A DNA stretch of 64,000 nucleotides. Source: Yuukianura sp. NJ FZ-2021. Taxonomy: Eukaryota. Both the position numbers and the translations under genes were made by a program. Where the stretch lies: assembly GCA_046563655.1 (NCBI GenBank), contig CM102283.1, forward strand, positions 248,001 through 312,000, read 5' to 3'. Positions 47,189-58,400 of this stretch are shown piece by piece. The number at the start of each line of letters is the position of its first letter. The stretch's first letter is position 1. The notes beneath the pieces were generated by a model, which was not told where the DNA came from, did no database searches, and saw only the letters and a program-made list of their open reading frames with translations.

Positions 47189-49725
47189 TTATGTCCTAAA
47201 TCCTGCTAATTGCCTGTAGTTTACTGGTTTTCTGTCTCTGAGCTGTCGTTTTTCTGGTTCTTCTGGCATTTCTTCTGGAATTTTGGGTCGAACTGTCTCG
47301 GTATCTCTTGGAAAATATGATTTTAAGTCACTGACGTGTCTAACTCCTGCTAACTCTCTTTCTGGATAAGTACAAATTTGAAATGTAACTGGAGTGACTT
47401 GTTTGACAATAACATAAGGTCCTATCCACTTTGGAGCTAATTTTTGAGCTATACCTTTGTTTTTATATCGTTAGATTGTACTCTGTATCTAGTCAAAACA
47501 AACTGATTTTCATCAAACGAAACTTCTCTACGATGTTGATCATAGTATTTCTTGTATGTAGCTTGAGCTTTGTCAATATTCGTTCTGACCCAACTAATTA
47601 GATTCTTTAAGTACTGATTTAATTCAATTGCATGAGACTCTGGTAACTCGAAATTTTCCTTTTCTGGTTCTGAAATTTGTCTGTCGAACGGCAAACTAAT
47701 CTCACGACCTAAGTTTAACATTGCTGGTGTTACTTTAGTACTTTCGTTACAGACTGTTCTTAACGCAAGTGCGAATTTTTGGATATGTAAATCCCAACTC
47801 GAATGTTGACCGTCTACAAATGCACAAATCATTGCTTTAATGTTTCTATTTATCCTTTATGCTAAATTTGGCTGGGGATGGTACACTGCGATGAATCTAT
47901 GGTCGATATTCCAAGCTTTACACCATTTTTTCATTAAATTAGACAAAAATTGAGATCCGTTGTCTGTGATTATCGTTTTTGGACTTCCGCACCTGCAGAA
48001 TACGTGATCTTCTAAACAATCTACAATCTTTTTAGCCGTTGCTTCTCGTAACGGAAACATTTCTGTCCACTTTGACAATTGGTCGACTAGAACTAACAAA
48101 TACTCATTTCGTCTGCCTCCTGCAGTAACCGGAAGTGGACCAATTAAATCTGCGTAAATGACTGAGAAAACCTCTTTCGCTGCTCTAATAATTCCCATAG
48201 TCCCTGCGGGTTATCATATTTGACTTCCTGACAAACTTTGCATGTTTTAACGTAATTTGCTATATCTTTGTTCATGTCTGGCCAATACACTCTGCTTTGA
48301 ACTCTGAATTTTGTTTTTCTGACCCCTGGATGACCTTAATGAGGTTCATCATGTAACTCTTTTAGAACCAAATTTCTGAGACTTTTAGGCACAACAGGTA
48401 AGTACAACTTAACTCTATCCTTAACACTATTCTTATCTCTATTCTTAACACTAATCTTAACACTAACGCTAGCTTCGTCTTCGTCTGTACGTACTTTCTT
48501 TTCGGAACGAGGAGCATCTTCGCATCCCACATTGTTCCTTACGAACGGAGAGCTCTTCGGCATCCCACATTGTTCTTTTAGACGCTCTTGGTTCTTAGGG
48601 CTATCTACCCTTTTTGCTCTACCAGGCACTGCCGCTGGGAGTCTATCTAGGCCTTTCTCTTCGGTATTCTGTACAAAACAACTTTTGTTTGTAGAACCGA
48701 TCTGTGGATCAACTCTGTCCACTTGTGGGGTCATGCTACCCACTTTGCGCGTCCGCAAACTTCTATTTTTCTTTGTGTGCACTATCCTAAACAGGATTCC
48801 ATCTTTTATAACATAATTTTCTACATTGCATGATTTTTTTAACCCTTTCTGCGGTTTTTTAAGTTCTTCTTTTAACGTCAAAATTTCTACATCTGTTCTT
48901 TGTGCATCTTTTATGCTCTCTAAGGTAACTGAACTTCCAAAAATTGAAAAAATTTCCTGGGTCGTCGCCCCTCGCGTCGTCCCAAACGTAGGAATATCCA
49001 TAATTTCCATCTCATCGTCTAAATAACTTTGATCATCTTTGAGAGCTTTTACTGGAGCTCGTGATAGTGCATCTGCCACTATATTTTCTTTTCCTGGTCT
49101 ATGCTTAATCTCTAAATCCTGATTCTGAATCTGAGCAGACCATCTCATTAACTTTTTTGATTCGTTCTCCATTGTTTTCAACCATTGTAATGCGGAATTG
49201 TCCGTTTCTAGGTACACTTTCCGTCCAAAGATGTACTCCCTAAACTTATTTAGTGCAAAAATAATAGCTAAACACTCTTTTTCTGACGTGAACAACCTCT
49301 GTTCCGTCTCATTTAAGACCTTGCTTGCAAAATATACAGCCTTTTCTTTTCCATCTACTTTCTGAAACAAAACTGCGGAAATACCATAGTCTGAACTATC
49401 TGTGGTAATGTAAATTTTTTCTGAATAATCTATTCCATGAAGTGTAACATCTTCACACATTCTCTTTTTCAAATTTTCAAAAGATTTTTGCTGCTCTGGT
49501 CCTCAAACAAACAAACTTTACATCTTTTCTTAACAACTTATACAAAGGTGCTGCGATCTCAGCGAATTTTTCTATGAAAGAGGAATACCATAAACACATT
49601 CCATGAAATTTTTGAATTTGTCTCTTTGTTTTTGGAGCGGGATAATTAACAATTGCTCTAATTTTTTCTGGCTGCTTCTTAATACCTTCTTTTGTAATCA
49701 AATGACCCAAAAAACTAGTCTGTCT
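47189..49725 (-). pseudogene. gypsy pol (RT C-terminus, RNase H, integrase), multiple frameshifts
   Basis: ORFs 49477..49770, 48336..49472, 47857..48198 and 47449..47832. Confidence 0.9.
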
Positions 49726-51261
49726 AAGTTTAAGTTTAAGTTTATTATTCTGAAAGTTTCCTATAATCATAGGTTATTACACTTCAGCACTTATAAGTTT
49801 TTTTTTTCAATACTTGTTAGATCACTTAATTGGAGTATGTTTTAAAAGGTTTAGATTATTAAAATTATTAAAGTTAAGAATGGTGTACATTGGTAGAAAT
49901 GTTATTATAATTATGATTTTTTTTAAAGTAGGTAGTTAATTAAATTAAGGAGTTTCAGTTACGCAGTAGGTGATGATGAATATGGTTCAGGACAAAAACT
50001 GTAGCTCTGCTGGAAAAGACACAATAGTAGTTGATGCTTGCGTGACGAATGAGTTCACATGAAACGTTTTGTTTTTGCAAATGTAGTTTCCATCTCTTGT
50101 AGACTTCGTGTTATGAAGACAGGGTATGATGTTCAATTGTATTTTGGAAGTAAGGGATTTTGTGGAGCCAGTTCAGACCAGCAATTTTCAGTTGATTTTG
50201 TGATTTAAAATTGTTTCTTAGTCAGGACGGTTTTTGATTAGATTGTGTAGTGCGAATTGGAGACCTTGGAGTGAGGCTGCTGCGAGCAAATTGAGAAGTT
50301 GATTGGTTGTTTCGTGGCATTGTTACTTGGGAGTAAGATTACTGTGAATTATGTATTGATTCGTTCGGGTTCGGATTCGGTTGTTGTCGGCGGGCTGCAA
50401 TCTTTATTCTAGTATGAGGTGGTAGATCCTGGGTTATGTTGATATGAGGGGAGAGATTCTTAATAAGATTTCGGTTCTTCCAGATCGTATTTCTTGCTTC
50501 GAGAGACTTGAAGATGATTTTGATCGGTTTAGATGGAATCTGAGGATTAGGGCGACCCAGGCGGTAATTATCATCAATTAGTGGAATACCGATCATTGGT
50601 AGAGCAAGAGCAAATATTCTTTCAAGTTCGGCTTTGAGAGATTCAGTAGTCTCATTGTTGGTGTACTGGAGGTCATGTATGATTAGGTTGCTCTTGTTTA
50701 GTGCTATTTGCAGTTTTTCCAGTTCCGTATCATGTGATTGTACTTGGGAAGAAAGCGATTTCTGTGAATCTTCAGCAGCAAGAATTCTGTTTTTGATGGC
50801 TGTGACCTCTGCGTTCAATGACTGAAATTGTAGTGCGATTTCAGCGTGATTCGTGGCCATTCTGTTGTTGATTGAAGCAATGTTGTCATTCATTTTGTTC
50901 ATCGCTGCAAGTATGGAGGTTCCATCAAATTCGTTCATTTTCAACGCTTTCGTAGAAGGTGATTCGTCGTTTTTTGATTTCCGTTTCCTGCCGCGAGTGT
51001 TTGGGACTTCAGTTGAGGTCATGAGAAGTCATCAGTTGAGGAGGTCTTATATAAAGTAGATCAGCTGTGTCGTCGTTAGCCAATTATGGAGATTGTTAAG
51101 TTTTGTTCTCAGCTGAGATGAAGTCGACTCGAACGATTGATTTAGAACTGATGTAATGTTGATGTAATGTGAATATGTTGTATCTCCGAAGTAATTGATT
51201 TAATTTCTATTTAATTTCTTAGTTGAATGTGACGTTTCTAGTATATCCAAAAAAAATGTCC
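49726..51261 (-). mobile_element. Non-LTR (CR1/L2-like) insertion splitting the gypsy RT
   Basis: Removing it rejoins EKRHFFK|RQTSFLGH. The 3' end is AATAA(TAAACT)3, and it contains an ORF1-like gene. Confidence 0.7.
50339..51022 (-). CDS. LINE ORF1p-like protein (coiled coil + RRM-like)
   Basis: Heptad-rich region followed by NLIIHDL...YRLGRP...KPIKIIF...INITQDLP. Confidence 0.7.
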   Translation of the reverse strand: MTSTEVPNTRGRKRKSKNDESPSTKALKMNEFDGTSILAAMNKMNDNIASINNRMATNHAEIALQFQSLNAEVTAIKNRILAAEDSQKSLSSQVQSHDTELEKLQIALNKSNLIIHDLQYTNNETTESLKAELERIFALALPMIGIPLIDDNYRLGRPNPQIPSKPIKIIFKSLEARNTIWKNRNLIKNLSPHINITQDLPPHTRIKIAARRQQPNPNPNESIHNSQ

Positions 51262-52379
51262 CTTGAAAAAATGCCTTTTCTCCCTATTAATTGTTAGATT
51301 TGCCTCTGCTAACCTTCTAAAAATCAATTCTAAATGACGCTTGTGTTCTTCTAATGTTTTACTGTAGACCAAAATGTCATCCATGTAAATAGCAACGAAT
51401 TTAAGACAAAAATCACTAAACAGAACGGGGAGAATATATACCAGAACGGGGTGCCAGTATCTTGACCTCAATTTAATGTATGGATAGACCTTCGAGTCTG
51501 CATTTACTTAGTAAACTTACTTATATAAAGTAGATCAGCTGTGTCGTCGTTAGCCAATTATGGACATTGTTAAGTTTTGTTCTCAGCTGAGTTCAATTTG
51601 TCAAAAGATTTTGGATAATAACGTTAACTCAATAAGATTTTTTAATCTAGGATTTTTTAGACACTTTCTAAAAAGAAAACTGGGAGGATGTTGTCCCCTT
51701 CGCTGCTAAGTGTTATAAGTTTGGTGTTTTCAAGTGCCAGTATTTTTCATGTGTTTCCAATGTACTGGGATCGAGTCACGTGCAGAATGAAACCGATTTC
51801 TGATTGGCCTAAAATCCTCACAGTTTTTCTGTCTAAGCAGTGGATTTTGTTTTTGTTCCTTATTAGACAAACTGTGCAGAAAATGAGCGATGGAGCAACA
51901 CCTGGGAAATTCGTTTTTGTCCAACTCTTGGAAATTATTAGGCTTCTGGTTGGCTGTACCTGTCAAACAGTGTTTCTGATCTTGTGCATGAGTTGCACCA
52001 AAACTGGGTTGGCAATTCTACCATTTAAATTGCACCGGATTCATGTTCCAGTTTTAAACCCCAAAATATTTGCACTAAATTGATGTTCTTAATTTGTTGT
52101 GCAAGATGCACATAATGTATTGTCGGTGTTGCCATGGCAATGTACTATTAGCGAAAAGAGCGTAAAACTTTAGTGGCCTTTTGAAGGGTCAAAAGGTCAC
52201 TATCCAAAAAACAAGTCCATTTGGTCCCCCCACTACTGCTGTGGTGTCAGAATCCCGAAATTCAGTGTCAAGGTCAAAGGTCAATCTCATCAGTAAATAT
52301 GAAAACTTTGTCATTTTTGTAGGGATTTGCTGATGGACTGAAGAACAGTTGCAACAGCAGCCGAAGGAATGCGGTCGCT

Positions 52380-53730
52380 ATGCTCCTTATGAAATTACGA
52401 CGAAACTTTAGCCTGAAGACGTTGGCCTTTCTGTTTGGAATTGAGAATGAGTCAGTGGTGAGCACAACAATCAAGGCCGTCGCCACAGCTCTAGAGGAAA
52501 GTTTTGTACCGAAGTACTTAGGATACAGTCACGTGTCAAGAGATCAAGTGATTCAAGATCATTCTGTACCCGCCTTCCTGGAGCTTCTGAACCATGATGG
52601 CGACACAATGGCGCTGATTCTGGACGGGACTTACTTGTACTTCCAACGCCCTTCAGATCATGAGCTTCAGAGATTGATGTATTCCGGACAGAAGCTTCGT
52701 CATCTTCTCAAATTCATGATGGTGGTAACTACGACTGGACACATAGTAGAATGTGAAGGGCCGTATGGAGCATCTGGAGCAAATAATGACGCGGGAATTT
52801 TGAAATCGATGATGGAGAGAGAAGGTGAATCCATCTTAGGCTTCTACGACGTCGGTGATGTCGCTATTCTAGATCGGGGATTCCGAGACGTCATCGATGA
52901 GTTAGAGGACCGGCAAGTTTGGAGCCACATGCCTCAGTTACTGCCAAGGAACAGGTCAAAGTTCACGACGGAGGAGGCGAATCAGTCAAGGAAAGTTACA
53001 ATGGCTCGATGGATTGTAGAAGGGGTCAATGGTCGCCTAAAGAACAAGTACCATTTCTTGGATTCGGTGATCTCCAATTCCTACATTCCAATGATTGGTT
53101 CATTCTGCAGAATCGGTTGCAGCCTGATCAACGCTTACTCGCCACCTTTGTTCCAGGCTTCTGAATGTCATTCAAATGTAGTTAAACGAGCCCTAACGAC
53201 AAGCAATCAACTTCAGGCAGAAATTGAAAGGACGCGGCTGGACAGAAAGAGAGTCCCTTGGAAGTTAGCCTCCGAAGAGGAAGTTACTCAGTTTCCAAAA
53301 TTGACCATCGAAGATCTCAAAGAACTTACACTAGGAACCTATCAACTAAAAATGGCTTCCCAGTACGCAAGCGAGCACACTGCTGAAACAGGGAATTACG
53401 ACATTTTCGTCCACTGCAAAGATTCCAACTTGACTCTTGCTAAGCTACGTTCCCGGTTTTGCAAGAAAGAAATCAGAAAAACCTTCGTTCGTTTCTGCCC
53501 GGAAGGTGCTGGTAAACGAATCAATTTTGGGATGGACATGTACATGCAAAACTGGATCAAGAACCGTAGGCTGTTGTAGCCATGTCGCTACTGTAATTTG
53601 GTACATGGCTTTCATCCGTCGCAATCCTGAAGCTGCAACAAACCCTAGACCACTGGCACTATCTGTTCTGGATGTCGCTTCAAAAGCTGAACATGCCGAC
53701 GACACAGAAGACGACAGCGAAGAAGAATAG
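52380..53730 (+). pseudogene. PIF/Harbinger-ISL2EU-superfamily (DDE_Tnp_4) transposase with C-terminal SWIM-like finger, frameshifted
   Basis: ILDGTY, YSGQKLRHLLKFM, ILDRGFRD, SRKVTMARWIVEGVNGRLK, then CTCKTGSRTVGCCSHVA in another frame from ~53515. Confidence 0.8.
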
Positions 53731-54248
53731 GCAATAACGTCAACTTCATCATAAACAACTAAATATCGCTCATAAAAAAATGCTTAAGGTTGTAATAGAC
53801 ATAGGTCAAGTGCTGTTGGAGAAATAAAAATCGTTTTTGTCCATGATCAAAGTGAATTTCCATTTTAGCATTTTAACGCTAAAAATATCCCTCCTTCCTA
53901 TATCCCCCCCCACGTGACCCCCAAGTCACGTGCCCCCTTCCCCCAAACCACAAAATTGAATTTTTTTTTAAAAATCAATTTTGAAAAAAAAAATCATTTT
54001 TTGAAAAAAAAATTTTTCCTGAAATTTAGAAATTGGAAAATGTTTTGAAACTTGGAAATTGAAATCAAAAGTGAAGGTAAATTTCCCCAGATTACCCCAA
54101 CTTGAAATGTCAAGGTCACGCCAATTTTTTCAGGGTCATTCCAATTTTTTTTTCAAGGTCATGCGCGCCATTTGCATTGGCATATGAATTTGCGTCAGGT
54201 CATGCGCGCCCATTTGCAATTTCATGTAAATTGTTCAAAGTCATTTAA

Positions 54249-55167
54249 CCTTTTCGCGACGGGAAGCCCAAAAAGTGGCTTTGGCTTGCCCGTACTCACA
54301 GACGGGGTTGACAGAACCAAAGTGTGTTTTCTGGACGGGCGACCCAGAAAAGGGCTTTCGTTCCTGTGCATCCCTGGACGGGAGTCCCATAATAGGGTTT
54401 TCATATGTTTAAGCCTGCTTATTGCTTTTCGCTTGTGTCGTACTCTGCGCTTATTACTACCATCGTGTAGCCCCATCTGTTGTGACAATTTTTTGTTTTT
54501 ACGCGGTTCCAAAATTCCACTGCCTTCTCATTGAAAATTGGAGTTGATTTTATTTTGTGCTTTTTCTGGAGAGATTTTGGACGTTTCGGTCTGTGCCGTT
54601 TGTAATTAATCCTGGATCCGAATTGTTTTTATAGGACCAAAATCAATTCTTGAGATAATTTAATAACATGTAATATATATGTTATTAAGCCATGGCATAT
54701 ATATTATGTTATTATATGTTAACATATATCATATATGTTATAATATATGAGCATATAATATCATAACACTATATTATATGTTATTATATAATATAATAAT
54801 AATAAAATGTTATTATATTATATGCTTATTATTTAACTTTATTTTTTTATTACATACTATGTATGTAATATGTAGTATATTATGTAATATTATATAATAT
54901 TACATAATATACTAATATATTATATAATATCAAATAATATTATATAATACATAATAATATTATTTAATAAATATACTGATTCAAATGAGAGATTCGATTG
55001 ATGGGCAGAGACTGTAATGAGATTTCTTGCAAAGAAAAAGAGACCCCGTCTGGTGGAATCAGTCTACGATTTGGTTACCCGTCTGAGATGTCCGAGTAGG
55101 GAGAACCCCGAAATGGGTCCCCCGTCCACCAAACGCACTCGGTTCTAATGACCCCGTCGCGAAAAGG
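54249..55167. mobile_element. piggyBac-type MITE, complete (919 bp)
   Basis: TTAA TSDs at 54245-54248 and 55168-55171, 15-bp TIR CCTTTTCGCGACGGG. Confidence 0.92.
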
Positions 55168-55312
55168 TTAACTTTTTTCTCAAGGTCAATCGAGCATTTT
55201 GAGATTGTCAAGTCCCGGGAGCCCTTTTCTGGGATCCCGGGACCAAGAGGATCAAGTATGGTGCATGGGCAGTATTTTCGGCTGGTCAGAGGATTAGTTG
55301 GGTGCCACTCGT

Positions 55313-55416
55313 GCCAAAACAAACCGCTAACCACTTCCGGTTAGCCTGCCAAAACAAACCGCAAACCACTTCCGGTTAGCCTGCCAAAAGAAACCGCAAA
55401 CCACTTCCGGCTAGCC
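55313..55416. repeat. 35-bp minisatellite (3 units; 4th unit at ~62030-62058)
   Basis: GCCAAAA(C/G)AAACCGC(T/A)AACCACTTCCGG(T/C)TAGCCT units, interrupted by the BEL element. Confidence 0.85.
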
Positions 55417-58400
55417 TGTTGGAGCATGAAGCATCAATTTAATTTAGTTAAGACAAACAAACATTTCTTAGATTAAGTTATTCATGTGAGCAGAGAACAT
55501 TAGTTGGTTAACCCAAATGATGGTCTCTGCCGATCCGCAGCAGCGGACTCTGCGTTAAAAATATCAATTCCAAGGTTCTTATTTATAGTTTCTTAAGATT
55601 CATTCTTACAATTTTGCATTCAGTTCTCTTTTACCTGTCGTTCGGAACAGTCTTTCTTTTTACCAATCTCATTCGATTTAATAAACCAGTAAAGAAAGTC
55701 TACAGCTCCACATTCAACATTCATACCAGTTGAGGTCAACGAGGTCATCTAATGAACTGCTAGTTTGGAGCATCACATTACTGTCTAGTCACAATTCACT
55801 TTCAGTCTGCCATCATTCACGCTCTCCCAATAACGTGCATCCCTTTCGCACATTTTTTGGTGCCGAAAGACGGTTTCTCATCGTGGGATTGTGCTTCAGT
55901 TTGTGGAAAATTCAAACTACTATTCAGGTCAAGTACCTAAAGTGTGTTGTGCTTAACTTTCATTCGACCCCTTCAGCATGTCGGACATCTTGGCCCTTGT
56001 GCAGAAGCGTAACGCCCAAAAGGCAAGGCTCTCGAAGATTCTGAAGGATGTGCATAATTAAGCTCTGACACCACTGACCTCGTTTACGTTACGTGAGCTA
56101 CTTGAACAAACGAAATCCGTGGAGGCAAAGATCTTAGCGATTCAAGACGCAATCATTGGGTATGTGACCACAGAAGAGGACTTATCGCCACAAGTAGAAG
56201 CTATGGATGTCATCGACGACATGATTATCAGAATACGGTCGTTGATCAACGAAACGCTGGTGTCAATGACCCCTTTGGCGGATCCTTCATCTCAAGGTCA
56301 TTCATCTCAATCGCCACCGCAGCCACCATCAGGTCATTCAACTAAGGTAAAACTACCTAAGCTCGATTTGCCTACGTTCAGCGGGAAGTTCGAAGACTGG
56401 ATCCAGTTCAAAGATCAGTTCGAAGCTTCCATTGGAAACAACTCATCCCTTAGTGGCTGCGAGAAGCTCCAGTACTTGAAGTCAGGGTTGAAGGATGAAG
56501 CTGCTCGCCTTATCGATCCATTCGCATTAACCAACGCTAACTTCAAAGAAGCATGGAAACTGTTATCGGAACGGTATAGTAATCTACGTGAGATATGCTT
56601 TTCTTTGATTAGAAAGTTGATGGGAATTCCCAAGGTAACTACAGAGAATGGTAATGGCTTACGAGTCCTCGTAGACACTTTTGATCAATGTTGTAGACAG
56701 CTTAGCAATTTGCAAAGGAAGGTCAATGACTGGGACGATCTCCTTCTTATCATCCTTCTGGACAAACTGGATGCAGACACGAAGCGAGAGTTTGTCAAGG
56801 ATTTAACGAGAACTGATATGCCGTCGTATGACTCACTCAAGACTTTTCTTGATAGTCACATCAGAGGACTGCTCGCATCAGCCACCACAACAAACAAGGG
56901 AAAGGACTTTAGGTCTGCCGAAGGTCACCGTAAGCAATCATGTTTCTCGTCTTCCAACAATCGGAATTGCAAATTGTGTCCAGGATCGGACCATCCTCTA
57001 CACCAATGCTCAAAGTTCAACAAACTAACAGTTCAGGAACGGATGAACTTTGTGAAGGCAAATGGTATGTGCTTCAACTGCGTTGGTGAATCACATTCGG
57101 TAAAAACTTGTAAGTCAAATCGTAAATGCAAATCATGCGGTGGATCTCACCATACCTTGCTGCATTTGGGATCTCAAAGTTCAACAGGGAATGTAGGTTC
57201 ATCTAACAATCAAGGTCAAGGCGGCTACTTTGGCAGTTCAGGTTCATCAACCTCAAATCAAGTTCCAAGTAGTCGATCGACTAACACCGTGTCAAGCAAC
57301 CACACAGCGGGGAGAGGTGTACTCCTTGGTTCTGCAGTGATCAAGGTACAGGACTCCACCGGTGGGACCAAGCAGTGTCGAGTACTCCTGGATCCTGGAT
57401 CAGAGGCCACTTTTATCACTGAAGCATGCGTAAAAAAGTTGGGTCTGACCAGATCACGATGCGATGTCACTGTCAACGGAGTAGGAGCAACTCAAATTGG
57501 TAAAGCAAGGGGTCAGGTTGCGCTGAATTTATTTTCAAATTTTAATCAATTTTGTGCACCTGTCCAAGCTCTAATCATGAACAAAGTCGCAGGCAACCTA
57601 CCGTCATTCTCTTCCGGTGACACTTGGAAGGAATGGACACACATCCAGGATCTCATTCTTGCAGATCCACAATTTTACGAGCCAAGGGAGATCGAAATTC
57701 TTCTGGGAGCATAACACAAAAGATTTTTACTTGCAGAAGAGCCATTGGCAAGGATGATCAGCCAATCGGCTGCTCCAGCGAATTCGGGTGGGTCATCATG
57801 GGCCCCGTGAACACGCTGCCAGTGTCAACTTTCACCGTACAGACCCACACTGTCACACTTGAGCAAGCAGTGTCGCGGTTCTGGGAATTGGAAACTGTGC
57901 CCAGCATCCAGCATTTGACGGAAGAGGAGAAGGAGGCTGAATGTCACTTTGCCTCTCATCATTCAAGGGACTCAGAAGGGAGATATGTCGTGCCTCTCCC
58001 CTTCAAGTCCAACATCCGAGATCTCGGAACCTCCAGGGACATCGCCCTGAGGCGTCTCAACCAAGTGGAGAGGAGACTGGCAAAGTTTCCTGAACGTAAG
58101 ACTGAGTATGTAAATTTCATGAAGGAATATTTAGCACTGAATCACATGGAGGAAGTTCCTGCCGAGGAGTACGGTGACCAACATATCGACGGATCCGTCG
58201 CTTCCTGCTACCTTCCTCACCACTTCGTCACCAAGGACGATAGCACAACAACGAAACTAAGGGTTGTCTTCGATGGGTCCTGGGAGACAAGTTCAGGTTT
58301 GGCATTAAACAAATGCCTAATGGTGGGACCAACCATCCAATCGGATATATTTATTCATTTGGTAAAATTCAGATTTTATCCAATTGTAATCAAAGCTGAC

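Larger units (their letters stand above)
28831..48848. repeat. Segmental duplication copy B
   Basis: Colinear with 1..23885 apart from copy-specific insertions and deletions. Confidence 0.95.
42610..51420 (-). mobile_element. Ty3/gypsy element with Rrp6-like ORF, copy B (longer: RT-RNase H-integrase)
   Basis: RT YMDD at 51238..51471, FLGH, RNase H TDSSDYGISAVL / EKECLAI / TDNSAL / VADALSR, integrase, extra ORF at 43714..46967. Confidence 0.88.
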
